A stretch of DNA of 64,000 bases from Mobula hypostoma (lineage: Eukaryota). Location: NCBI RefSeq assembly GCF_963921235.1, contig NC_086108.1, positions 67,520,001-67,584,000 of the forward strand. Direction: 5' to 3'. Of the stretch, positions 38,710-50,655 are shown in pieces; positions within the stretch are counted from its first letter, which is position 1; each line of letters starts with the position of its first letter. The notes under the pieces are model-generated. The model searched no databases, was not told the origin of the DNA, and worked only from the letters and a program-made list of their open reading frames with translations. Both the position numbers and the translations under genes were made by a program.

Positions 38710-39885
38710 ATGGCGATGATTGGAACCATTACAGCATTTGATAGTAGCATTGAAGACTGGGCAACTTACATTGAAAGAGTGGAGTTACGTTGTGAGGCTA
38801 ATGGTGTTATTGATGAAAAGAAAGACAGTGTTTTACTCAGTATTATGGGAGCAAAAACATACGGCCTGCTACGGTGCTTGTTAACCCCTGAGAAGGCAGC
38901 TGACAAAACGTTCAAGCAAATAGTAGACACTCTCCAACAGCATTTAAGCTCCAAACCATGGGTCATGGCTGAAAGATTTAAATTTCACAATCAGAATCAG
39001 AGCAAAAATGAAAGCATTTCTGAATATTGTGCAAATTATCAGAATATTGTCAATTTGGAGTGGGTCTATCGGATGCATTGAGGGACAGGTTAGTGTGTGG
39101 CATGCACTGTGAAACCACACAGAAGAACAGAAGAAGCTCCTGTGTGAAAAAGACCTTACATTCGAGAAAGTGCCAAACACCTCAATATAAACTGAAACAG
39201 TGGCACGGGGTGCTTCCGAGATACAACGAAAATCTCTGGAATATGCCACAAATAAAATGTCACTGAACAGAAATGAAGGAAAGAAATGTTACCATTGTGG
39301 GAACATGTCATATGACCCTGATGACTGTTGGTTTAAAGACAAAGAATGCAGAAACTGTGGCAAACAGGGCCACATTGGCAGAGTATGCAAAGCCAGTAAA
39401 TAGCAGAAAAAGGACAAAATACAGAGAGAGAAGAAACCCCAGAAAGGAAAGCACAACAATGTACACAAAATGGAAGAAAGCAGTTCTGATGAAAATGACT
39501 CAGACAAAAATGAATTGTCTTGTCTGCAACTTCACAGCGTGAAAGAGGCAGATGATTGAAGAGTAATAAGGATCACTCCACAAGTGGCAGGTGTGAGACT
39601 GAAAATAGAGTTGGACACAGGCTTAGCTTTAACAATGATCTCTGTACATGACTACAAACGACTATTTTTTCACATACCTCTGAAATGAACTAAACTACTG
39701 CTAAAGACTTACACAGGACAGAAAGAGCGTCACAAAGGTAAAATTAAAGTGACAGTGACCTACGGAGACAAAACACAGCAGCTGAACCTCTATGTACTGG
39801 AAAATGGAGGGCCACCATTGTTGGGACGTGAATGGCTCAGGAAAATCCACTGGGATTGGCACACCATCAAGGCACTAGTTGTGTC
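38710..39885 (+). pseudogene. Decayed Gypsy gag-protease
   Basis: EDWATYIERVE...LLSIMG, ALRDRLVCG, CYHCG...C and [29 protein letters not shown], with frameshifts and in-frame stops at 39401, 39557 and 39686. Confidence 0.85.
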
Positions 39886-39913
39886 AGCAAAGGAGGGCAG
39901 CTCGGCGGGGAAG

Positions 39914-40573
39914 ATGTCCGCAGCTCTCCTCTCACCTATTGTCAACTATTACAATGACAAGGAGGAGCTAGACAGCATCGACAATGAGGACGAACACAGT
40001 ATCTGTGGCCGTGACTCAGATGAAGAGGATGCAAGGGAGACAGATATTGCCAATAAGCAGGATGATGAAGACTATCTGGAAGTAAAAGAGCAGATGTACC
40101 AGGAGAAATTGACATCTCTCAAAAGGCAGCTACAGCAGTTACAGGAAGGCAGTTTGCAGGAGTATCAGAAAGGGATGAAGAAACTAGATCAACAATACAA
40201 GGAAAGAATACGAAATGCAGAGCTTTTTCTGCAACTGGAGACAAAACAAGTGGAAAGGAAATATATTAAAAAGAAGAAAGCAGCAGTGAAGGAATTTGAA
40301 GATAAAAAGATTGAGTTAGAAGAAAGAAAAAATGATTGAGAATGAGAGGCTAACAATGGAACTCACAGGAGATTCTTTGGAGGTAAAGCCAATAATGACC
40401 AGGAAACTAAGGAGGAGACCTAATGACCCTGTTCCAATTACAGACAAAAGACGAAAACCTGCACCTGCACAGCTAAATTAACAGATGAACAGATAAAGGA
40501 AGATCTGTGAACTCTAAATAAGCTTAAATCTCTGAAAAGACCAGCATCTCTGTCTTCTCCTGAACAATTTCCT
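39914..40573 (+). pseudogene. SUDS3: Processed (intronless) partial copy of SUDS3, a Sin3-HDAC complex subunit
   Basis: MSAALLSP...[60 protein letters not shown]...[13 protein letters not shown]. After a frameshift it continues [49 protein letters not shown]...TDEQIKEDL*TLNKLKSLKRPASLSSPEQFP. There are no introns. Confidence 0.92.
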
Positions 40574-41374
40574 TGGGAAAGATCCATGAAAATTGAGCAT
40601 CCTTTAAAAACTCTTGGACAGAATCAATTCCATTCAAACAGAACAGCTTTCGCACAAGGTAAATCTTGAACCAATCATTTCCTCTATTGAGAATCATACA
40701 CTTAATCCTTTGCAGGGAAGTTTCTTTTGCACATACATAGTTTGAATCCTCAGCCTATGTGTCTTGTTTTGCTCAAAGAAGTTGGGAAACAGCATCAAAA
40801 CAGAGGCCAATTCTGGCAACAAATTGTAAGGTTTCTATTGTATTTTCACACTTGTGCTGAATGTGCATCTGAAGGAATTCTCCCTTTTGAGCCAGGTAAG
40901 CAATCTTTTCTTGCACTGTGCACAACTGGGATTTTTCATACATAGAATCCTCCAAACAATTCAGAAACAGTGCATAGAATTCAGTCTCATTTTCTTGACC
41001 ACGATTTGTTTTTTGAACTTCAGACAGATAGCACTGCAGGTAATCCTTAATATCAGCGAAACTGTACTTTAGCAGCAGCTTAAGAATAACGGAACGAACA
41101 ACAGGATTTCGATCAACTGCTTCATCAAACAGCGAAAGATTACTAGCAAAGTGCTGAACTTTCTGTGAGTCATTGGATTGCCTCGACTTTTAAATAACGA
41201 GCAGAGACAGCAGATCACCAACCACTTCTTTTTTGGTGGCAAGTCATTTTTGAAGCAGACCATGGAAACCAAAGCTACAAAAAATATATCACACCTCTTG
41301 CGAAATATAGCTAATTTTGCTACAGCTTCACTTATTTCTTCTGTTACTGCCGGTACATAATCATCATCTGGAGA
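40557..41374 (-). pseudogene. RNF213: Processed (intronless) internal fragment of RNF213 (mysterin), the region just C-terminal to the RING
   Basis: Manual minus-strand translation: PDDDYVPAVTEEISEAVAKLAIFRKRCDIFFVALVSMVCFKNDLPPK/EVVGDLLSLL...FDEAVDRNPVVRSVILKLLLKYSFADIKDYLQCYL...TEFYALFLNCLEDSMYEK...TIETLQFVARIGLCFD...NDWFKIYLVRKL...WIFPKEIV. This matches recalled RNF213 motifs (TPVIRSVILKLLLKYSF, LFINCLEDS, NDWHRVYLVRKL, WVFPKDVV). One frameshift and three stops. Confidence 0.88.
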
Positions 41375-43364
41375 AGTACCGCACCGTGGGCAGAGTCCTC
41401 CCCCAGAGACTTGCGTTATAAATGGGTCTTAGACCAATCATAAAAAAAAGGCTTGTTATAATTTTATATTATTATGTTACTTTGTTATAATTTGATATTA
41501 TTAAGTTACTAAGTAAACAATTGGTAGGCATTTGTATGTTAAAGGTAAACATATTTGTTTAGCGTAGTGCCCCAGTAAAAAAAAGTTGATAGACTATTAA
41601 AATACAAGTGGAGGAGTGTACTGTATAATATGGGACAACTTTATGTTGTAGGGACATGTTGTTGCATGCGCTAATAGGCGCGTATTGATCTGTACGTGTG
41701 TGCTCAGTTCAGTTTCGGTCAGTAAAGATCCCTGTTAACTTAGCTCCCGTCTCCAGCGTTTTTATTTATAGCTTTGTTGTGTAACCCGGCCACATACACA
41801 GCAAGTATGAACAGCCATATTTTACTTCTTTATTCTGACAAAAATTGCTTTAAATTGTGTGTTAAACATGGAAATGCCAATTAATGAGGAACCAGTTTAG
41901 GTTTCAATAGGTACATTTAATGCCAGAGAAATGTATACAATATATATCCTGAAATTCTTTTTTTTTGTAAACATCCACGAAAACAGAGAAGTGCCCCAAA
42001 GAATGAATGACAGTTAAAGGTTAGAACCCAAACCCCCCCTCTCGCAGCTCCCCCTCCCACACACAAGCATCAGCAAGGCAATGACCCCACCACCCCCACC
42101 AGCAAAAAAGCATCAGCGCCCTCCACCGAGCACTCAAGCCTGCAGCAAAGCATCAATAAACACACAGGCTTGCAGTATCCCGATGACTACTCATTCACCT
42201 GTTAATTTGACATACCGCAGGCTCTCTCTCTCCCTAATAAGGGAAAAAGAGGTTTCCCCGTTTCACAGCGAGAGGGGAGACATTACAAACAACGCTCCGA
42301 TTTACGATGTTAAAAGTTTGTTGCGTCGCCTTTTCTGAACTCTGCTCCATACAGTCGGCCCCAGAAAGGCTCAGATCTCTGGGCACACAACCCACAGCAG
42401 CTAACCCGCTGCTCTCGGTGTTCTGTATTCTCTCGCGACGCCTCAGTCATGGGCTCCTGCCTAGAATCAGCATGTCTCCAGAGCCACAAAAAAGCAACGT
42501 GTCCTTATGATGGAAAAGCTACAGAGCAGCAAAAGCAAGTCAGGATAATCGGACAGTATCAAACCAACACAGGACTACCCGTACGCAGAATCAACAGACC
42601 CAGACATATTTTTTGTCTTGTTAGATGTATCACGGTGTCTCAGCTTTATTGCTGAGCTCTTTATTGCCACAGCTTAATCTACAGGCAACTATTGCTATGA
42701 GATACAAAATGACCCATCAGCTGACTAATTTTAGGTACCCTCATATTTTCCATATCAGTCAATTTGCTTCGCATTAGTCTGCAATGCTGTCTTTACTGAG
42801 ATATCTCAATATATTCCACACTGGTGACTCAGAAGTGTCAATGGTTTTTAGAATTTTTTGATACAATAGTATCACACCCACGTTATAGTGAGTGCCACAA
42901 TGCTACTATTCGACAGCAGACTTCAAAAAGAAGCATTCTGCTCCAAAATTTGTCATGGAAAGTGATTACAGTATTAGGTGGACAAAGGATGGGGTTCAAG
43001 GATATGCTCAAAGTCTCCTTGAAGATTTTCAACTACCCCACTAAATCCTGGAAATATCTCTCAAAGTGAAAAAAGCACCTTGGGTGGCTTTGAGAACCTC
43101 GGGGTTATACATTGGAAGCATAGAAAAATCCCGCATACACACAGACTATCCACACCTGTCCTGATGAACATCACCTAATCTTCCTGTATTAGTCTCATTT
43201 GCCATACTCCTAAAATTCTACATGAAGTCACATTGGCTGTTTGACAACTGAAAAACAATAAGCCCTAGGGGTCACTTGGTATTTCTGCTGAAGCCCTAAA
43301 TCGTGGTTGAGAAGAATTTCGGTCGCAATAAACAACCTTATCTTCCTCGTGTGGGAAGAGGAAA

Positions 43365-43768
43365 AGAATGAGAGGAGATCTCATAGAAACATAAAATTAT
43401 GAAAGGGATAGATAAGATAAAGGCAGGAAGGTTGTCCACTGGTAGTTGAGACTAGAACTAGGGGACATAGCCTCAAGATCCGGGGAGTAGATTTAGGATG
43501 GAGATGAGGAACTTCTTTCCCCAGAGAGTGGTGAATCTGTGGAATTCTCTGCCCAATGAAGCAGTGGAAGCTGCCTCAGTAAATACATTTTTCGTACAAG
43601 GCTGGATAGATTTTTACATAGTAGGGGAATTAAAGGTTATGAAGAAAAGGCAGGTAGGTGGAGATAAGTCCGTGGCCAGATCAGACATGATTCTATAGAA
43701 TGGCGGAGCAGGCTCGATGGGCCAGATGGCCTACTCCTGCTCATATTTCTTATGTTCTTATGTTCTTA
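43365..43768 (+). mobile_element. CR1-type LINE 3' fragment
   Basis: EMRNFFPQRVVNLWNSLP with a (TTCTTATG)n tail. Confidence 0.85.
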
Positions 43769-44574
43769 ATCTTTAATATAGAGGATCTCATCTCCCATTC
43801 ATGGGTTACGGTACATGCAAGCTCAATGCCAGATGGGTGAAGTAGACATTTTTACTCTGGGATCCATCAGGGAAAGAGAATACAGGTGGACAAAAGAAAT
43901 AATCAAAGAATGTTTTCAAAACCTTCCAGGAAGAAATTTAAGATCTGCTCTGACTTCATGTGCTTACTCATATCCATCTGATGGGAGTACACAAAAGTCC
44001 TATGTAAACAATGGAAGGAACTCAACATTTCCCAAACTATCTAGCAACTTTGCTGAGCATGTGACCAAGTCCAATAGCCTCATTTGTGACCTTGAGACTC
44101 AATGAACTGCAAGTCATCCTTGATTCTAGGGGATGGTGTCAAACAAAATTATGCAAGGATTCCATTCCCTGTCTCTGTTAATCATTTTCAGTCTCTGCTG
44201 TAATCATTTTACACACCATTATCCCAGCTCAGAATCCAATTACAGAAGCCACAGCCAGGATAATTGCTGAGTAAGGAGAGATATACATTGTTCTTAGGCC
44301 TGGTGCCTGTCAGTTGAGTAATCCTTAGAGACGACACAAAAGAAATTCACAGGACGTTAGCAGAGATGAGCAATGTGTAGGGGAGATGTTGAAATAGTTA
44401 TATATGTCTCCTTTTTAAAAGAGAACATTAAGAGGTGAACTCATAAAGATTTTTAGGACCACGTTTTATTGGAATGAATAAAAAGAAGACCTCTTTGGAG
44501 CAATTGGACTAATAGCCAGAAGTCAGATTTTTGTGTACTCCCATCAGATGGATATGAATGAGCACATGAAGTCA

Positions 44575-45104
44575 GAGTGGATTCCAGTTAATTGGGACAC
44601 ATCGGGACCAGTACATTTTGGCCCAGTGAAGTAGCTACCTCAAATAGTTGAATTTTTATTGGAATGGTTAAAAAAAGACAAACAGCCATTTAACTGAGTA
44701 ACGAATTATGTGTTTAAGTGAAATACAGAAAAAATTAGAACACCACCAATACTACTACAGTACTACAAAACTGTGATTTGTTCCTAATAATTGGTTTAGT
44801 GGTTGGCTGGCTATCTAACAATGACAGAAAACCTGTGGAGGAGAGTTCTGCAATTACTCACTCCTGGCCACTTCTGGCATCTCCAATCCTGAATTCTTGA
44901 AACTGCAGTGAGCTTGTGTCTAACAGCCACACAAATGGCTGCCCCAGAAGTTAGAAACTGTTCAGTAACAGTCTCCTGCCCCAATTAAGGGGCATAGTGT
45001 CTCAAAAAAAGAAGAAAATCCCAGCTATTTTCTCAATTAATTTTTGCTCACTAAGAGTTGTCTCAAATAAGTTAACTGATGGACCAATTAACCAGAATCC
45101 ACTG
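44575..45104. mobile_element. Non-autonomous Tc1/mariner-pogo (Tigger-like) MITE
   Basis: Terminal inverted repeats AGTGGATTCCAGTTAATTGG and CCAATTAACCAGAATCCACTG; the right one is followed by TA. Confidence 0.65.
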
Positions 45105-45916
45105 TAACTGAGAACTGTGTAAAAAAGAGATGGTTTTTTTTTTCATCTCAAACGAGCTCAATTAGACCTGAAATGGTGACAGCAGGGTGGAACTCAAGCA
45201 AGCTGGAAAAGGAGATGCATTGAGAAGTTCAAGTGGACCTGATAGGGTAAAGGCTAGATGGAGCTCAGGTAGACCTGGAATGGTAATGTCCTACTGGACT
45301 GTGGAGTGTGAGCCAGAAGCAGGGATGAATAGAGGGGGAGGGGAACTTTGACTCAGACCATGAGAGGACAGAGCAGAAAAGCAATTAACCAAGGAATGTA
45401 TAAAAGTAATGAGCCATAGGGTGAAACAGGGAGAAAAGGGTGATTAGAATTGAATGCAAAGAGTGTGTGGACAAGGCAGGGTGAAGCAGAAACGATGCAG
45501 ATTACTAGATTAGTGTAGATGGGACAAGGACAGCATGGAAAAGGCAGGTAAAAGGGCCGGATTTTTCATGCTGTCTAATTCGACGACTATGACTTGAGAT
45601 TGTCAGGAGCATGAATGAGTTACCAAAATAGTGTTGAAATTTGGATCAATGTAATTTTAAAAGGAGCTGAAAAAATAATTAAAGATGAGAAGCTGGTAAG
45701 TTTATAATCATAAAGCAGAAATAGAGAATTAAGCAACACTATTCTTAGAAGGCATTACAAATTAAGTGGGCTCTTATGGTGCAAGTTTCTAGTTTTATAC
45801 AATGTCTTTTTAGTAATTACTGCTAGGAATTAATAAATATTTATCAAATTAATGTTTTTTCTAAATGTGAAGATAATCTGACTTGATCTCTCTAATTATA
45901 TATCATCTTACTTTAG

Positions 45917-46081
45917 GCTACTTGGCTTCTTGTGGCACTTGGTTGGATTTTTGTTCCAGTGTACATTGCTGCTGGTGTGGTTACTATGCCTGAATATTTA
46001 CAGAAAAGGTTTGGAGGACAAAGAATCCAAATCTACATGTCTGTATTATCTTTAATCCTGTATATATTTACTAAGATATCG
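45917..46081 (+). CDS. SLC5A9: SGLT4 coding exon 4
   Basis: [65 protein letters not shown]. Confidence 0.93.
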
Positions 46082-47277
46082 GTAAGTGAGACATTATAAG
46101 TGCCTGGAGAACCCTTATCTCTTGTACTAGAAATTTAGTGAACATTGTTGAGGGTTGTAGGAGTGTCCATTACCATGAAAAATATAGTGTTTTGGTTATT
46201 GAAAACTCAGCACACGTCTGCCGGAAATGTTTCTAATTTCACCAGTTACAGGGGTTGGTGTGCCCTTTAGTACGTTCCATTATGTGATTGTATTTTGTTT
46301 TGAAATGCTAAAGCAGGGTAAAATACTGCTGTATGTCAGCTGATTAAGAGCATGGTTCATATTGATGGGAGGAAACAGCAAATCGAATCGTGTCCATGGG
46401 CATTATAGTGAAGAGATGATCAGCAGAAAATATAATTTGCTACAGACCATTGTTTGACATGTTATCTAGAAATCATCCTAATATTTTGTTTTCTGGAATG
46501 TATATCCATAGTGACAATACAGGCAGATTAGCTAGTTGCAAACTTCCACATTTAACAATTCTTTATGAAATGATAAATGGTGAATTAAACAAGTTTAGGT
46601 TAAATACTGCAAGTTCTCCCTCATACATTCACCTCAGAAGAGAAGAGTTCAATTGGTAATACCCTACCAATTGGGCAAGTTATACTGGACAAAGCTTTGA
46701 ATACATGTGTTATGGTCAACAATAATAAGACATGAATAATTCTACAAATAATTCTCATAATGATTTTTGAAGGGATGGATAATCTTGGGAATAAACTTGC
46801 CATGCATTGAAATAATCCGGGTTGTGTCCTCAAAATGGTATGGAGCTATTATCATTTTCCTGATTTTCACAAGACAGGCTGTTATTAGATCCATATCTTA
46901 GCAATTGAAATTAAGAATAATTTATTCATCCATGAGGTTTATGTAATGGAATGCCAATTTATTATTTATTAAGTTTACATCAAAAGCTTTTTGAGGATGT
47001 TGAACTTGTTTAGATAAAATAAATAATCTCATATAAATTGCACATTGTATTCATAATTTCAAAATGTGAAGTATTATTTTTATGATATCAAATACATTTG
47101 ATTAGTTTTTTGTTGTCGTAATCATTCTTTATTCAATAACTTAATTCTGATGTGGTATTTTCACCAATGTCTTTTTTAATGGTTTCCTCAATTTTCATGT
47201 TCTTTCTGTCTTCAATAAGTATATTAGTAATGTAGATTATATTATTGTTTATGTCTTAATTGTAATCCTTCTTTCAG

Positions 47278-47383
47278 ACTGACATTTTCTCTGGAGCACT
47301 TTTTATCCAAGTCTCACTGGGTTGGAACCTCTACATTTCTACAGTAACTCTTCTGGCAGTGACTGCCATTTACACAATTGCTG
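47278..47383 (+). CDS. SLC5A9: SGLT4 coding exon 5
   Basis: TCAG|TDIFSGALFIQVSLGWNLYISTVTLLAVTAIYTIA-G|GTAATT. Confidence 0.93.
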
Positions 47384-47904
47384 GTAATTACACAACTTGA
47401 TTTCTTCATTTAGCAACATAAAACTGTAATCAAAAGAGGAACCATTAAAGCCAGAAAGAAATCTGTCAAAAGTACAAAGGAAATATTTTCAGCCAATAAT
47501 TCTGAAATCAAATCACTTTTGCAGATAATAAATTGCTGCCTTAAGAATCATAAACAACTCTTTCTTTACATTGAAATGGCTACTTGTTGTAAGAGTCTTT
47601 TCAAGTGATCCTTTATGGAATATTTCTATGAAGAAGTCAATCATGCAGCATAATTTCATTTGTGATGTATTCTTGAAAATCATTGGCAATAAAAGAGCAA
47701 GAACAGCTGCAATGCGTCTCTGTTCTACTTCCATTCCCAAGGCCTTTAAAGTGTTGCTTTATGCTTGTGGAGTTTGTTTTCCATCACTTGACAGAAAGCT
47801 CATTTAATTTCCTGTCATTTGCTGGAGATTAAGTCAGCCATTATGCAGAATTAGTTCAAAAAGATTTTCTCCACAGAAAAAGCATATTTTCAAACTAAAT
47901 TTTC

Positions 47905-48185
47905 ATTTGGTTAGCATAACGCTTTACAGTTTCAGCAGTCGAGGTTCAATTCCTGCTGCTGGTTGTAAGGAGTTTGTACATTCTCCCTGTGACCATGTGG
48001 AATTCCTCCACATCCTCCGGTTTCCTACCACATTCCAAGGATGAACAGGTTAGAGAAAGTAAGTTGTGGACATTTATGTTGATGCCCGAACATCCCCAGA
48101 TTCTGTTGGTCGTGGACACAAGCGACACATTTCACTGTAGGTTTCACGTTTCAATGTACATGTGACAAATCAAGCTGATTTTTAA
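47905..48185 (+). mobile_element. tRNA-derived SINE (V-SINE-like)
   Basis: tRNA-like head with a B box GGTTCAATTCC, then a GGAGTTTGTACATTCTCCCTGTG...CTCCGGTTTCCT core. Confidence 0.65.
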
Positions 48186-49419
48186 TCTTCAGATACAGCT
48201 GAAAAGTATCAGTACATTCATCATGTTAACATTTGGTGAAATTCTGTTAAGCAATTTTGATGCCTTAAGTAAATCTGATGTTTGAACATATAAATGTGTA
48301 TATAAGAGCAAGGACAGACCACTCAGCCCCTCTAGCCTGTCCTATCTTTCAAACAGATCATGTTTGATATATCTGTATCCTCACCCCCATGTTTCTGCTT
48401 GTTCCCAATAACCTTTCAGTCCTGATCTCATCTGGAATCCGTTCAATTCTGCCTTGAAATCATCAAGGATTCTACTTCCACCATCTTTCAGGAAGAGAAA
48501 TCCAAAATTTATAACACTCTGAAAGTAAAAATATTGCTTCATCTCTGTCTTCTATTGATATCCCTTATGTTTTAACCCTGACCACTAGTTCTAGATTCTC
48601 CCCCAAGAACAGGCATCATTTCCACATCCGCCCAGTTAAAATCACTCAGAGGTATTAGCTGTTACAACCCAATCACCTTGTACTCTTCTAAACTTCATTT
48701 GAACCTTGCACAAAGATGTTACAATATTCAAACAAACTTCTCATATCAGAGTCTGCATTATGGATAACTTGGTAGTATTAACCTGGATTTAACTAATTCA
48801 TAAAATATAACAAGAAAAGAAAGCAATAATATGTACCTTGTTAACTTTCAATTAAGAGCAGATGCTAAGCAGCTCTGGAGATAAGTAGCTGATGTGGCAC
48901 TTTCTTTGGAATTTCACTAAAAATCTATTGACACTGCTAGCAAACAAAAGTCAGACGCAAAGTCCTTAGTTTTCTATTGTCAGTGAAGAAAGAAAATACC
49001 CAATGGAATGATGTCAAGAATAATAGGTATTTTAAAGACTTCTATTTAAGTATGCATATTACTGGAGTTTTGATTGGATACCTAAACCCAAAGGGAATAG
49101 TGCAATAGTTAATCTTATATAACACTTTAACTGAATAGAAGTGTATTTATAAACACAAGAGGTACTGCAGATAGATGCTGGAAACCCAGAGCAATACACA
49201 CAATGTGCTGGAGTAGCTCAGCAGCTCAGGCAGTATCTATGAATGGGAATAAACAGTCGACGTGGGTTTCAGCCCAAAACGGCAACTGTTTATTCCCATC
49301 CATTGATGCTGCCTGACCTGCTGAGCTCTTCCAGCACATTGTGTGTATTATTTAAATGGGATGTTTACATTTGGATCAGTTTAAGTCAGTCAAATGAAAA
49401 GAAAAATGTAGATATTGCA

Positions 49420-50655
49420 TACTCTGGTGTGTAGTCCGTATGGTCCAGGTGACTTAACTATCTTCAGATCTTTCAGCTTCCCAAGCACCTTCTCCTTAGT
49501 AATAGTAACTACATTTCTGCCCCTTGCACTCTGAAATTTTTGTCTTACTGCTGGTGTCCTCCACAGTGAAGACTGATGCAAAATACCTATTAAGTTTGTT
49601 TGCCATTTATTTGTCCCCCATTACTACTTCTGCGGCACCATTTTCCAGTGGTCCGATATCCACTGTCAGTTCTCTTTTACTCTTTATATATCAGAGAGGG
49701 CTTTTGGTATTCCCCTTTATATCATTGGCTAGCTCACCTTCATATTTCATCTTTTCTCTCCTTATGGCTTTTTTCGTTCCCTTCTGTTGGTTTTTAAAAG
49801 ATACCCAATCCTCCAAATTCCCACTAGTTTTTGCTACATTATATGCCCTTCTATTTTGCTTTTACACTGGCCTTGACTTCCCTTGTTAGCCGTGGTTGCC
49901 TTATCCTCCCTTTAGAATACTTCTCCTTTAATATGTAAATATCTTATAGCCTTATAGAGAGAAAATAGATTAGCTGTGATGAAATAGTGGAATGGACTCA
50001 ATGGCCTAATTCTGCTCCTATATCTTATGGTCTTATCCTGTACCTTCTGATTGCACCTAGAAACTCCACCCATTGTTGTTCTGCCATCATCCCAGCTAGT
50101 GTGCCTTTCCAATAAAATTTGTCCAGCTCCTCTCTTATGCCTCTGTAACCCTCTTTACTCCATTGAAATACTGATACATCTGACTTAGCTTCTTCATCTC
50201 AGACTGTAGGGTAATATCATATTATGATTACTCTTTCCTTTATCTTAAGCTCCCTAATCAAATCTGGTTCATTACACAATATCCAATGCAGATTTGCTTT
50301 TGTCCTAGTGGGCTCAACCACAAGCTGCTCCAAAAAGCCATCTTGTAGCCATTCTACAAATTCCATCTCTTAGGATCCAGCACCAACCTAATTTTCCCAA
50401 TCTACCTGTATATTGAAATCCACCATGACTATCATAACATTGCCCTGTTTATACCTTTTCTATCTTCTGTTGTAATTTGTATCCCACAGCCTGTCTTCTG
50501 TTCAGAGGACTGTATATAACTCCCATCCCTATCAGGGTCCATTTACCCTTGCAGTTTCTTAACTCTATCCACGAGGGTTCGACATCTTCTGATCCTATGT
50601 CGCCTCTTTCTAAGGATTTGATTTAATTACTTACCAACAGAGCCACCCACACCCC
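49420..50655 (-). mobile_element. CR1-type LINE ORF2 internal fragment, degenerate
   Basis: VLGKLKDLK..KSPGPYGLH motif; similar to 33700-34590. Confidence 0.7.

Larger units (their letters stand above)
38163..41803 (+). mobile_element. Gypsy-type LTR retrotransposon, non-autonomous, carrying captured SUDS3 and RNF213 cDNA fragments
   Basis: 187-bp LTRs at 38163-38349 and 41617-41803 (14 mismatches by manual count, TG...CA ends). PBS TGGCGACGAGG at 38353-38363 and purine-rich AAGTGGAGGAG before the 3' LTR. Decayed gag with two CCHC-type knuckles; protease LDTG (39611-39622) and LLGREWL. Confidence 0.92.

Noticed and set aside
39749..40339. 196-aa ORF as the functional SUDS3 gene
   Set aside because: It is intronless, inside an LTR element, lacks the C-terminus and has small deletions, a frameshift and a downstream stop, so it is a captured copy.
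38159..41808. Clean target-site duplication for the chimeric LTR element
   Set aside because: The best candidate is AGTG/AGTA (one mismatch, and it requires shifting the LTR start by 2 nt), so it is not claimed as proven.
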